Positions 39,988-53,820 of a DNA stretch of 64,000 nt are shown here, piece after piece; position 1 is the first letter of the stretch, and every line of letters starts with the position of its first letter. The translations under genes were made by a program, and so were the position numbers. The DNA comes from Octopus sinensis (lineage: Eukaryota), in contig NC_043017.1 in assembly GCF_006345805.1 (NCBI RefSeq), positions 26,164,001 through 26,228,000 of the forward strand, read 5' to 3'. Below the pieces are notes generated by a model. The model saw nothing but the letters and a program-made list of their open reading frames with translations, did not search any database and was not told the DNA's origin.

Positions 39988-40710
39988 GGTAGGGAGAATA
40001 AATTGTCTAAATTACGCCAAAATGAAAATAACACTGACATCTTATTTTAATACATGCATTTACCAAAATTACTAAAGAGTAAATACTAAATTGAAATACT
40101 AAAGAGTAAATTCATTCAATAAAATTGCCATTGGCTTCAACCACTGCCTCCAGATGACTTCAGGATTTTCTACAACTCTTCTGCAAGGTCTCCTTGTTTA
40201 CGTTGGTACATGCTGCCAAATCCATTACCTTCAACTCAGCTTTGGTGTTCCAAGGAGGTCTCTTACTGCACCCCACCCATAATATCAAGGGGTTGCAGTC
40301 TGGCGAGTTAGGTAGTCAGATGTTAGGGGTGATGTGGTCGCAGTAATAGTCTGACAGCCATGAATGGGTTCACCTGTTTGTGTGGTATAGAGCAGAGTCC
40401 TCTTGCCAGATATAGAGTCTTCCAGCAGTACTACCTCCACTAGGCAGTCGATGTACGTCTCCGTGTTGAGTCTGAGGCTGTGTGAGAAGATGAATGGAAG
40501 CAAAATCAATAATTAGAAGTTTCAAGGTGACTCAACTTAACAGCAGTTTCGTGTTTTGACATTTACCACGTGAGAAGTCGTAATGTCCTACACTTTTGAA
40601 CGTCTTCCAATTTTCAATGATCTGATGATATAAATACATATGTATAACATGTTGTTCATCTCTAAACACATACATATATATGCCAGGTATATATTTAATC
40701 TCTCCATACG
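39985..40710 (-). mobile_element. Second DD37D (maT-type) transposon relic, internally deleted
   Basis: LLPFIFSHSLRLNTETYIDCL and a frameshifted SPDCNPLDY region are homologous to 2321-3165. It starts TA|CAGGGTAGGGAG at the end of a (TA)n tract. Confidence 0.8.
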
Positions 40711-41335
40711 TAATTGCTTTTCAATCCACACAGTTTAAACCGGTCGTACGTGCCTTTCGATTCTAGAAATATTGCACGAAAATATTGTTAAAGAAAACAG
40801 AAGAAAACATCTAAGTAAACAATTCGATTGGAACTGGAGTTTTAATCTTGTACGACGTTCAGATTTTACTCCTGATACTGGGAATGAAATAATTGCTATT
40901 CTTTTATGAGAGGTGGTTCTAAAATATCATATAGATAAGTAGAGTTGTGTGAGAGGTGCGACTCTCCCACGCACAGCAATTCCAGTTTTTCTAGTATTAA
41001 GTATCAGGAATGAAAATTTTTGTATTTGTTCTGAAGAAGATAGTAATACGATTGTTGTAATAATTGAGTTTTTGTTAAGATATTGAAAGAAATAGTTCAC
41101 TCTGAGTGCAGATGGAAATCTAGACAATAAAGTGTACGAAATAAATATCATCTCGTAACCAATATACAAGACACCTTGTCTTGGAGAGACAGAATTTACC
41201 ATTGTATATACGAAAGCATATCAAATAAATATATTTATTGTGCGGAAGGTTTGCACATATATACACACATAAACATATCTTCATACACACATTCATGCAT
41301 ATATTCATATATATATACATATATATATATATATA

Positions 41336-41441
41336 TTAAGTACCAGTTACGCACTGGGGTCGATGTAATCGACTTAATCCGTTTGTCCGTCCTTGTTTGT
41401 CCTCTCTGTGTTTAGCACCTTGTGGGTAGTAAAGAAATAGG
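41336..41441 (+). mobile_element. SINE family C, 3' fragment
   Basis: TTAAGTACCAGTTACGCACTGGGGTCGATG...GTAAAGAAATAGG, fused to (TA)n. Confidence 0.85.
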
Positions 41442-42320
41442 CATTTATTTCTGAACAATTGACAAGATGATCATGGATGGAACGTGTTTAGATCTCATTG
41501 AGAGCTAACGACGTTCCATCCCTCACCATCTTACACAAGTTTTAATAAATGGAATGAAATACTTGAAAATAATGGGCTACGAATTCAAACGACTTCAATC
41601 ATTGATAATAAAAAAATAAAAATATAATAACTCGTAAACAAAGGTTCATGAAAACCTAAAGAAACATACAGCCATTTGTTATTTACACTGCTGGTTTGGG
41701 AAATTAACAACTAAAATGACCAATCAACGTCTTCCGAATGATACCATTGTTACGGTATCCATTGGGACAATTCAAAACTCAGGCAAATTATGTCCATTTG
41801 GCCAGATATTCGAATTTGTTACCTGGCTATATTCCAATGCTAATTCCGAATGAAGTTTCCTGGAAGTAAATGTATTTTCATCTTATATTAATTGGAAAAT
41901 AATGGGTTTCGACTGCAAAAGAAAAAAACAGCAAAAAAACAAAACAAAACAAAAAAAAACCCAAAACACGTTCTTCTATTGTCAAGTTCTACAAGATAAT
42001 CTGCTTCGTCTTTTAAATGTTCATTAATTTCGAAGACGGATGGTTTTTACTATAGTTACAAGAAGTCGTATTAAGTATGGTAATTTCCTGAGGTATGTAA
42101 AGTGATGTTACCGAGGTATTTTTTTCCTTTCCAAGAATTTAGCAGAGTAAATAATCTGTTGTTAAACATCAGGAATAATAACTTACTGTATTTAATATGT
42201 TATATTCAACATATTTTTCACAATGTCCTTTACTATCGATTCTGAAATACGGACACGCTAAGGAACCCTCATTATCTCAGCGAATAATGTTATCTGCAAA
42301 ATATCGCCAAGCATTACTCC

Positions 42321-42537
42321 TTTTCTCTTTTATTGGTTTCAGTCATTTGAATTCGGCCATGCTGGAGCACCGCCTTTACTCGAGCGAATCGACCCCAGGA
42401 CTAATTCTGTGAAAGCCTAATATTTATTCTATCAGTCTCTTTGTTACGGGGACGCAATTACACCAGCATCGGTTGTCAAGCGATGTTGGGGGGACAAACA
42501 CAGACACACAAACACACACACACACACACACACACAT

Positions 42538-42626
<89 letters not shown>

Positions 42627-42807
42627 GGAGAGAGAGAGATACCATATATACGACTGGCGTCTTTCAGTTTCCGTCTACCAAATCCACACAAGGCTTTGGT
42701 CGGGCCGAGGCTATAGTAGAGGACACTTGCCCAAGGTGCCACTCAGTAGGAATGAACCCGAACCATATGGTTGGTAGGCAAGCTAATTACCACACAGCCA
42801 CTCCTGC
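42321..42807 (-). mobile_element. SINE family B, full length
   Basis: Reverse complement of 49576-49987 with an expanded internal CA/TA/GA microsatellite. Confidence 0.9.
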
Positions 42808-43786
42808 TACCAACAACGAAATACTTGCAGCAGGGAAACAATGAATGATCATATTTGATTGAATCAATTAACTGTACTCCTCTCAAAACTGCTCGTGTTG
42901 TTTCAAGGCGCAAGGTCGGCCTCAGTACTTAGGCTGCACTAAATATATTGATCTATGATAGAATTAAAAGTAAATTCGTTCCCGTCAATATTCGATCTCA
43001 GAATGTAAATGGAGGATGCTTGATATCAAAAATCCTGTTCACCGACACTTTCAGGAATATGCTAATTCACTTCCTACAACCGATGCCGTTATATTAAGTA
43101 TATTCATTGTATCGAACTAGTGGTGGAAATTAATCACATCTCACTTCCGATAGAATTCAACGTCAAGAGCGTAGGAGAGCGGAAATAAATAATGAGTTAG
43201 TATGTCTGTCTTATTTATTGATGAACTTCAATAAATTCTCATTAATATAGAGAAAGAAACAAACTGAAACAGGCAAAAATACGGACGTCAGCGTGTGAGA
43301 GTCAACTGAAGATGGAAAATGAATTACTTGATAGAATCTATGTTTGAGGATGTAAAATATTGTCTTCTGTTCATGTAATCAAGTGTTCCCGCAACTCTGT
43401 CTCAATGTCCCTATGTCTGGCAAACGTATAAAGTTACGAGCCTCTACGTTCTCCTGATTAAATTCCTCCGAGATCGCCTTTGGCATTCATCCTTCGTCTT
43501 TGATCGATAATATAAATCAATTGGTTTTTCTTTTAAGCAACTCTTGGACTGTTTCACTTTCATTGTGTTGCGGGTTAACCCTCACCCAAACCATATGAAA
43601 CAACAGGATAATTGGACTAATTTCAAAGAATTAATGCGTAATTTAGGCCTAGAATTCACGCCCTTTTGGCAGTAGTAGCTGTAGTAGCGGTGGTGGCTTT
43701 TAGTAGTGGTGGTGGTAGTGGTGATTGGATATGTTGGTAGTAGTAATAGTAGTAGTAGAAGCTGTAGTAGCAATAGCAGCAGCAGC

Positions 43787-43960
43787 CGTTCAAGAATTTC
43801 CAACGACTTCCAGGGCCACCTTCCAGTGTCGTCGGGCGTCAACGAAGAGTCCTCGACTACAACAATACGACCAAAGTTTTTTTTTTTGTTCTACAAGGTC
43901 TGGGATCTCCCGCCACTAAGCCCTAGACCATCATCTAATCACCCTTACCCGTCTTGTTGC
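43787..43960 (-). mobile_element. Probable RTE-type LINE 3' fragment with trinucleotide tail
   Basis: GC-richer segment ending on the minus strand in (CTG/CTA)n repeats; weak resemblance to RTE C-terminus and 3' UTR. Confidence 0.3.
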
Positions 43961-44274
43961 TTAACAACAACAACAATAACAACAGCAACAACAGCAGCAG
44001 CAGCAGCAGTAGTAGTATTATTACTAATAGTAGTAGAAACGGAAGTATTAGTAGGAGAGGTAGTAGAAGTATTAATAGTAGCCACAGCACTAATAATAGA
44101 TGTAATAGCATCAGAAGTTACAAGATGTAGTAGCATAACCATCTTCAGTTTTGTTCCGGTTCAAAAAAAATCTTTGGTTTCTTAAAGTCAAATAATGACT
44201 TTTATTGATATATGTTCTAATACTTGACGGTGGGAATGTATGTATATAATTGCATATGTTTGTATGTGTGAATG

Positions 44275-44317
<43 letters not shown>

Positions 44318-44320
44318 TTA

Positions 44321-44530
44321 TTTTATTCTTTTATTCTTTTACTTGTTTCAGTCATTTCACAGCGGCCATACGGGACTATCGTTCTTAGTCGAGCAAATCG
44401 ACACCAAAACTTATTCTGTGTAAGCCTTGTACTTATTCCATCCCTAGGTTACGAGGACGTAAACACACCAGCATCGTTGTCAAGCGATGGTCGAGGGGGA
44501 CAAGCAGAGTCAGACAGACACACTCACATA
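44321..44530 (-). mobile_element. SINE family B, 3' half
   Basis: TTTTACTTGTTTCAGTCATT...GTCGAGCAAATCGAC...GTTGTCAAGCGATG. Confidence 0.8.
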
Positions 44531-44571
44531 TAAGTATGAATATATATGTATGTATTTGTATGTACATATAT

Positions 44572-44637
<66 letters not shown>

Positions 44638-44806
44638 ATATATGCGTCTGAGTGAGAGAGAGAGTGAAAGCTTGCGTGAGGCTGTGTGTTTGTGTGTGTG
44701 TATAGACGTGCATATGTATGCCTCAGTAGGTCGTATGCAAAAACGAACGCGCAGATATGAACGCAATATTCTTAGAAACCAACTGAAAGTATTATTAAAA
44801 AAACTG

Positions 44807-45209
44807 TTACTCTTTTACTCTTTTACTTGTATCAGTCATTTGACTGCGGCCATGCTGGAGCACCGCCTTTAGTCGAGCAAATCGACCCCGGGACTTATTC
44901 TTTGTAAGCCCAGTACTTCTTCTATCGGGCTCTTTTGCCGAACCGCAAGGTGACGGCGACGTGAACACACCAACATCGGTCGTCAAACAATGCTAGGGGC
45001 ACAAACACAGACACACAAACATACACAGACATATATACATATATACGACGGGCTTCTTTCAGTTTCCGTCTACCAAATCCACTCACAAGGCTTTGGTCGG
45101 CCCGAGGCTATAGTAGAAGACACTTGCCCAAGATGCCACGCAGTGGGACTGAACCCGGAACCATGTGGTTGGTAAGCAAGCTACTTACCACACAGCCACT
45201 CCTGCGCCT
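44807..45209 (-). mobile_element. SINE family B, full length
   Basis: Complete head to tail; TGTTACT at both flanks (44806-44812 and 45211-45217). Confidence 0.9.
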
Positions 45210-46013
45210 ATGTTACTGTAAAACATTACTTAAACAACAACAGCATTTCGTATGATGTTCAAAACGTTTATGTTACTATGAGAATCATAGTAATGGAATC
45301 AAAATAAAATCAAAAACGTGAGCTCAAGGCAACTGTTGTTGCACTTGTAATTCACAAATTCTTTTAAATAAAACCACATGACGGTAAGTGTTTTTTTTTT
45401 TATTTCCAGCTTTCTTTTCATATTTCAAAACAAATTTACTGTTTGTAAACAATATTCCAACAGTGAATGTTTGAAAAGGAAAGCAGGCTCAGTTTACCAT
45501 CTGATGCTAGGAAATAAATAACATTGGGTACAGAAAATACATATAATGTATTATGTGAAATTCTACATTTGTATCGAGTCCTTCTCTGGAGACACACATT
45601 TAAATTGTGGTATTTAAAAGACCACAATGAACAATTTCATTTAGAATGGTTGATTCTCTCAATTTCGATACCATATGACAAATGCAAGAAATTCTGTCTT
45701 CTCTGCAATTCTGAGCTATTTTTCATTATTTTTTCTAAAAATACTCTAGTAAACACGGTTATAGAACGAGCATACAGATGTAAGCATTGGCAAAAACATA
45801 CCTTTAGTGCATATAAGTAGTCTCTATCATTATATATAATTTAAACTTTAATTTCCTTTATATTTAACATTCACTATTAATATCCCTACTGTTTCTGTTA
45901 GCTACTTATGACGTTATATCATATAACATTTTTTAAAACAATAATAATAGCGTTCTGTCTATCGCTATACAAATCCATCATTTTTTGCTAAAATGTCTTA
46001 TTGACGAGTTTCG

Positions 46014-46142
46014 TTTTTTTCATTTTCTTGAGGAGAAAATTGCATTGTTTATACCATTTATTCTTTTAAATAGTATCAGTGGAATTTTCGAAACATGTGT
46101 CGAAAGTAAAAATATTTGATTACACCTACGTTAACTCCATTT
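46014..46142 (+). repeat. Unclassified dispersed repeat, copy 2
   Basis: Matches 3174-3305; followed by (TA)n. Confidence 0.8.
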
Positions 46143-46491
46143 TATATATATATATTTATATAGAGTAATAACTAGCTGTGCGAGTTTAATTCGTTCCATG
46201 ACCAATATTGTCTTATGATTTACTTCTCTGTTGAAGTCAAGTAAACCATAATCAATCCCTTCCAGCTCTCAAAAGACAATCAAAAATAATTTTGATACGT
46301 TTTAAAGCAGTAAAATTACAATTTTAAGAGGGAGAATGCAAACGAAAGATTGGTTTTATTAACTGAATTATCTTAATGACGGGACGAAGTGTGTGCTCGT
46401 ACTGCGGATTTTCGTTGGTGCTTAAAGACAAAAATTCACTCCAGTCCCGGCTCACACAGCAAATTACACGTACTGCAAGGTACTACTATAT

Positions 46492-46527
<36 letters not shown>

Positions 46528-46552
46528 GTGTATTTATAGATGTCTGTGTATA

Positions 46553-46594
<42 letters not shown>

Positions 46595-46634
46595 TATATA
46601 GATATACACATATGTATGTATATACATATATACG

Positions 46635-46701
<67 letters not shown>

Positions 46702-47550
46702 CATATATATATGTGTGTATTTAGACATGTATGTATTACGTGGGTATGTGTGTTTGTGCGAGTGTCTCCACAATGTTACATCCTTACATCTGAAATGCCA
46801 TAACAATAGACTTTTGCACCTTTACAACTGTCCTGATCATGGCGAACGCATTTATTACACTTAACGTAGTTAGTGTACTTAATACTTGCCGTCACAGGCC
46901 AGCAATATCTTTCTCCATTTCTACAGTTTCATTTGGTAACTTTCGATAAGCAAGAGAAAAACAGAATCACAGGAATATAACTTAATATCGGCATTCTGCT
47001 GAAGGTTAATACACAGCTTCATGAATCTCTATATGCCCTCTGGGAGTATCCTCTTTCACTTCTTCTGACTTTTATATATCACGACTCCAATGTACAAAGG
47101 ATTTGATAGTTTCGCTACGCTACCGGTGGCGGCGATGTACAGAGAATTATATAGAAAAGCATATTAAATACAATCAGTTCAAAATAGAGTCATTTGCTTA
47201 GGTTTCTTTTACCTTTTCTCTTTGAATACACTCACGTAAAATTCTCATTCCCTGTATGATACTCATGTACGAGAAATACATCCACGTATTGCCATACGTT
47301 TGTGTATGCCTCATTGTGTTAAATATATTACATGTCATTGAGTAACTATACACGGTGTCTGACACAAAATTTAGATTTAGTGTTTATTAAACGATGTTTC
47401 ATAATCGTTTCGACGTTTTACTATATTTGTACAGTTTTATGCGTGTGGTGTTAGGAAGAAGAAGGTATGGAAATGAATATGAATTGCACAGTAAGCAGAA
47501 TGAGTTGGAACTTTGAAGAAAGTTTTGTTTGAACAAATAATATTTTCAAA

Positions 47551-47919
47551 TTCATGGTTCCTGAATGATTTTAACGGTTTTAACGCTAACATACTCGCTT
47601 GGACCAAGTCTCTTATATGCTATTAACCCTTCTTTCATACATTAAAGTATGGATGCTTCGTATGGATGCTTCGACATGTTCTTTTTTCCCCTGATTATCA
47701 GTAGGAAAACCACTATTCGGTCCACCTAAAAGAAATAATTTAAATATTTGATCACATTAAATCTCCTATCGTCTCTTATGTAGACCATGTAGGATAATCG
47801 GAAAAGAAATCAAAAGTGAACGGGTTATAGTTTGAAAGATTTTCATTATAATTTACTCCAATGATGCAGGTTTCGGAGCTAAGAAAATCCTCCCAAATGT
47901 CGGGTTGCTGATGACGATG
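47551..47919 (+). mobile_element. Unclassified ~370 bp TSD-flanked element, copy 1
   Basis: Flanked by AAATAATATTTTCAAA (47535-47550) and AAATAATATTTTTCAAA (47920-47936); ends CTGATGACGATG; near-identical to 54239-54600. Confidence 0.75.
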
Positions 47920-48905
47920 AAAATAATATTTTCAAACTTTTGTGCTTGGCCAGCAGATTCGAGACTTCGTGTAATTTGAATACACCGACCCCAGGGTTCA
48001 ACTGGTATTTATTTTCTCGACAACGAAAGGATGAAAGATAAATATCGACCTTAGCAGAACTTGAACTTACTATTTTGTCTTAAAAAATATATTGTGTTTT
48101 GGGATTTGCTTTGCAAGATTCTTTATTTGAGTTCGTGTGTTTGAAGCATATTCTGTTGTGTCTGGGGAGAATCATTTTCTTTTTGTGCCTTATAATTTAA
48201 CACACTCACTGGTAAAATTTCCACTCATTTCTTATTTTTATATTCCTAAAATTTTCGCTGCGTCTTGCAAACTTAACATCATCCCTTACTACCCAGTCGA
48301 ATATAAAATCGAACAGTTGGGAATCACATAGGATTTTACAGAGTTGGCTAAAACAAGACAGGTTATTTCTAAACACATCAGTATTACACGATCAGATTGA
48401 CTATCGAAAATGTAGCAAGACTCCACGAAAATTTTAAGAAAATAAAAAAAAGAAAAGAAGTGAAAATTTTGCCGGTGAGTGTGTTAAATTAAAAAAAATA
48501 TAGTATTTAGTTCTTTTAAACAGAAAAAAAAAAATTAAACATCTAACAAATTTGTGTAAACATTTCTTTTGTAATATCGTGCAATTACCACAGTCGGACA
48601 TATTACATGCACACAAGTTTTAGCATCGTGTATTCAGGCAACGAGTGTCAGGAACAAAAGTGAGCTTAAGGATAGAGAATCGCATTTAAGGAGCAGGGAA
48701 ATATTTAGACCTTTTGGCGAAAAGTTACGCGTTACTTGCCATCACAGACGGTTATCTAAGGAGTTACTCGCATTTAACTTGCTATTGTTTAGATTGTTTA
48801 ATTTATTTACATAAAATTAACATTTAATCTGCAGATACCCAAAATCATATCAAGATTACTCGGGTGGCTCTGAAATACTTAACATCATCCCTTACTACCC
48901 AATCG

Positions 48906-49283
48906 GTGGGTGCGCAATGGCCCAGTGGTTAGGGCAGCGGACTCGCGGTCATAGGATCGCGGTTTCGATTCCCAGACCGGGCGTTTATTGAGCGAAAACA
49001 CGTAAAGCTCCACGAGGCTCCGGCAGGGGATAGTGGTGATGCCTGCTGTACTCTTTTACCACAGCTTTCTTTCACTCTTACTTCCTGTTTCTGTTGTACC
49101 TGTATTTCAAAGGGCCGGCCTTGTCACTTTCTGTGTCACGCTGAATATCCCCGAGAACTACGTTAAGAGTACACGTGTCTGTGGAGTGTTCAGCCACTTA
49201 CACGTTAATTTCACGAGCAGGCTGTTCCGTTGATTCGGATCAACCGGAACCCTCGTCGTCGTAACCGACGGAGTGCTTCCACC
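48906..49283 (+). mobile_element. tRNA-derived SINE, family A
   Basis: 12 bp TSD ACTACCCA(A/G)TCG at 48894-48905 and 49284-49295; short internal deletion after CCGGGCG. Confidence 0.9.
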
Positions 49284-49575
49284 ACTACCCAGTCGAATAT
49301 AAAATCGAACGGTTGGGAATCACTTAGGATTTTACAGAGTTGGCTAAAACAAGACAATCTGAACCCAACCGACCGTGGAATATCTGCGTCGAAGTATACA
49401 TACAAATATCACATTGTTAGCTCCTCATACAAGCTCTGCACATCACATGGTTATTTCTAAAGATATCAGTATTACATGATATCCACTACCTGTCTCGTCA
49501 AACATCATTTTTGCTGAGATATCCACAAGTTGCTGACATAACTATTGTGTACATGTGTAACTTTGGTTCATGCAA

Positions 49576-49987
49576 AGGCGCAGTAGTAGCTGTGTGGTAA
49601 GTAGCTTGCTAACCAGCCACATGGTTCCGGGTTCAGTCCCACTGCGTGGCATCTTGGGCAAGTGTCTTCTGCTATAGCCCCGGGCCGACCAATGCCTTGT
49701 GAGTGGATTTGGTAGACGGAAACTGAAAGAAGCCCATCGTATATATGCATATATATATGTATGTGTGTTTGTGTGTCTGTGTTTGTCCCCTTAGCATTGC
49801 TTGACAACCGATGCTGGTGTGTTTACGTCCCCGTCACTTAGCGGTTCGGCCAAAGGGACCGATAGAATAAGTACTGGGCTTACAAAGAATAAGTCCCGGG
49901 GTCGATTTGCTCGACTAAAAGCGGTGCTCCAGCATGGCCGCAGTCAAATGACTGAAACAAGTAAAAGAGTAAAAGAGTAAAGAGTAA
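49576..49987 (+). mobile_element. SINE family B, full length
   Basis: AGGCGCAG..GCTGTGTGGTAAG head, GGTTCAGTCCC B-box-like element and (AAAAGAGT)n tail. Confidence 0.92.
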
Positions 49988-50296
49988 TGGAACGTTACTC
50001 TATTATCTATTTTACAGTGGCTAAAATAATTTTTTCATAAGGTCATCTGGCAACGAGGATTTCCAAATATTCCTGATGGGAGTCATAACTTGAAAGACTG
50101 AACTTGTGTTCTTTGAAAGAACCAGGCTTCTACAGAGTTGGCTAAAATAAAGGAATACTTTTATTCAATAAATTATATTCCACTGCGCTGATCTCTTAGA
50201 GAGAATGTAGAATTGGCTTTTTGGCTTGTATTATTCAATGTGTTTCGGTTTATATTCTTGAATATTAATAGCGTAAATTGCGATAAAATATTAGTA

Positions 50297-50421
50297 CAGT
50301 AATACCCTTCTTTACGAGAGCCCATTTAAAGAGCTTTTACGAGATTTACTTCCCGTTTATAAGTTTTCGCTTTACGAGCGTTCTCCGGGAAGGAATTGAC
50401 TCGTATATCGAGACATTAATG
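50297..50421. mobile_element. pogo/Tigger-like MITE relic
   Basis: TA|CAGTAATACCCTTCTTTACGAG ... CTCGTATATCGAGACATTAATG|TA; degenerate TIRs with TA flanks. Confidence 0.45.
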
Positions 50422-51961
50422 TATTGCGTTTAGCGATATGAATAAGATACGAGAGCAGGAAGAGAAACAATAGGAAATGAGAATAGAAAGGGAAGAAACT
50501 GAGAGAAATATAGCGAGTATTACATCGCTTTACCTCTTTTATCACTTTTGTCGGTGTCAGTCATGAGACAGCGACCAGGCTGGAGCACCGCCTTTAATTT
50601 TTTATCGAATGAATCGACCCCATACTTGAAAACATCATATTTAAGTAGAGGGTTGCGAGGAAGTATGAAATTTTAATTTTAAAATTTAGAATCGTTTGTC
50701 AATTGAATGACGTTATGTCCATATAAAGTAGATGTAGAATATGATTATAAAAAAATAAACGAATAATATATTAAAAAATTATAAATAATAGCACAGATAC
50801 ATCTATTGTGGGGGATATTTTGTTAGGGTATGATAAAAGCAAACGATGCGCAAAACGGAATATAAAAGAGGCAGGGATCAAAGGAAAATGGCTAAAAGGA
50901 GAACCTAGTGAAAATTAACGGAAGAGAAAATATAAAGGATAGAGTGATATTGCTCTTGAAAGATGAAAAAGTTGTGACTAAAAGAAAAATCATGCATAAC
51001 GAGATAATTTCGAAGGTCACACATCAAAACATGTTAACATTTGGGAACGAACGATAGTTTAGGATCATCAGAAGAAATATGCAAATCTGCCGAATATTAC
51101 ATCGGCACCATGTTTACTGAAGTCACATAAAAATAAAAAAATATCTGAAGGAGATAAAAAAAAAGCGACAAATTTTGAAACAGGAGGTTGTGGAACACCT
51201 GATAAAACAGGCAGATACAATAGAGTCAGTGAAACGTTCGATGAATAAAAGGTAAGCATATAAACATCCCAGGGGGAAAAAAAGGACACAGCTTAGCGTC
51301 ATAAAAGGCGCAGTAAGTAATAAACAGGGAGAGACGAAACGAACGCTGAATTGGCAAGTGAAAAGCGATATAAGAATAAACACTATCTGAACAACAATTT
51401 CAATATAACAGGATTTATAATATTATAAAGAGAATCATCTGCGGAAGGAACTAGTTATAAATTAGAGCAAGTAACTTTTTGGCACAAGGCTTGCGGCCAT
51501 TCATAAAGGAAAAAAAACAAAAAATTCTATGTTAGAAAACTGTAAATACTACCTACAAAGCCCCACAATAATCACCTTACGTGTAGCTTTGAAAACGAAC
51601 AGGAATAGAGAATACGAGAATAGGATGTTGAAGATTTCAGTACCAGGAAAAAAAAAAGTCGTGTCTCCAGAAGAAAAGAAGTCCTTTATCACATATTCAC
51701 ATGCTTTAAGCACGTGTTTCTGGTTGTGTGATAAAAAGCTTGCATCTCAAACATATAGTTCTAGGCTCAATCTTTCTGCGTTGCGATTTGTGTAACTGTT
51801 TCCAACATAGCCTCAGGTCCATCTATCTTTCCAGTAAGAAATTTATTTTATGTAGATGTCTGTAAATTGCTAAGCCTTTCAATTAACGACATGCAGTAAA
51901 TTATGCTTAAAATTGATTAATCCTGTAAGGCATTTGGGTTAACCAAATTATATTATGAACA

Positions 51962-52019
<58 letters not shown>

Positions 52020-53820
52020 TATATATATATCACTCGAAAAGTAATGCCATAATAACTGTATGTTCATTTATCCCTACCTTATGAGCAAAGTAAAGAATTG
52101 CTTCTAACTTTAAATTGTTTCTGTTTTGGGCACAAGATCTGAAAGTTCTACGAGGAATGTTAGCCGATTATATCGGCCTCAGTATTCAGCCGGGAGTTAT
52201 CGATATGAAAAACATGAATTCAAAACTTTAACGTAGGTGGCATGTAAACTCGGAAATGTCAACCCCTAATGCATGATACAAATAATTTTGTCAGGTATGT
52301 TAAAATTTCTGCCCGCTCGTCCAAATAATGGCTAAGGTTGATATATTTGAAGGGAGAAAAAGTCAGTCAAATCTACCGACTTCGTACTCGACAGACAGAT
52401 ATTTCATATTTTCTCTCGACCCACGAAAATTAAAATGGTAGGGGTAACTTTAAGCGGATTTTGAACTCAGAATGTAAAGTGACGTAACCAATATGTCAAA
52501 GAATTTCGCCGACGCTCCAAAATTTCTGTCATCTTACAAAATACAATAGACATTTTGTTTTTCTTTTCTGATATCGTGTATGAATTTCTGGAATCCATTT
52601 CTTTATTAACACGCTTATCATGCATTCATTTACACTAGCTGGCTATGTAACCCATTGCGTGACCACAAGAAAATTGCTTATAAGACGTGATATTGTGTAC
52701 TCTCTCATCATTAAGCTTTTTCGTTTTGAATCTGATACTCACTTTATATTATAATGACATCGAAGTCATGATTCTATATTCCAGAAATTTCACATGTTTT
52801 GTCACGATCTGTTTACTACTTAGATTCAACTCTGCATTTACTAAGTTCGTTTACCTCCATTTCTTCAAACTGGGTTTCCGAAATGTATTTATAGATAGGC
52901 AAAATATCTCTAAATTTGTATTGGCACGAGAAGCTATTATTACGTAATGCAGTTTTCCTTGCGTGTTCAATATATTTTCACACATGTTATTTCTATAGAA
53001 TTACTACATAAACATCAACCTGCTCTTCCAAAATATTTACATCTACGTCTTCGTTTTTGCTCCCACAGATATCTCACACAGCTCCGAACATTTCCCTTCG
53101 AGACACAGACATTTCTTCCCATACATTATTCATTCACTTTTTTTTACTATTTATAAGTTCCCAAACAACAAAAGATAAGAATATATGAATGAATTCCGTT
53201 TAACTATTTATATAACCCTTAACTCATTATTCTTACGATTGCTCTGCTTCTAAGATTATAATCTGCTTCCTTTCCAATAATTCTATTCCTGCCTTTTCAA
53301 AATCAATTATTCATATAGATGGCTTTTTGTTTCCTATTTATTGAATTTGTCTCAGAATTCCGAAATTTGTTCCATTATGTTTCAGAGACTTATCTAATAC
53401 CAATCATTTTAAAGAATTTTCAGTAAGTTTTGGCTTGAAATATTATTAGATTCACCAAACGGAAAGTCTGTCTCCTGATTCACTCGTGGCCACAAACAAA
53501 AGTTTCAGACATATTCAACAGACCTGAGGGAGTAATGTACGTATAATTAAAACTGCAACAGATGCAATTATACAAAGCATACCAGAATGTGGAACCGTTT
53601 TTCTGAGTAATATTCCAAATTCACAGTTGTACATTTACTGTTAATCCTAGCGTTCAAATTCAATCCAATTCACTGTTCAAGATCAATCAAACAAAATACC
53701 AGCAGGTGAATATTTATTCGAATCTCAGACCAGAATCTGTGCTGTATTTGTTCCGTTCCATCTAGATGCGAATACCTGGTCGATACTAATAACTTGCTTT
53801 GAGATTAAATAAAACCACAT

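Noticed and set aside
47848-47912. C/D snoRNA-like ATGATG...CTGA
   Set aside because: Box C is imperfect (ATGATGC), there is no terminal stem, and it is part of the duplicated 370 bp element.
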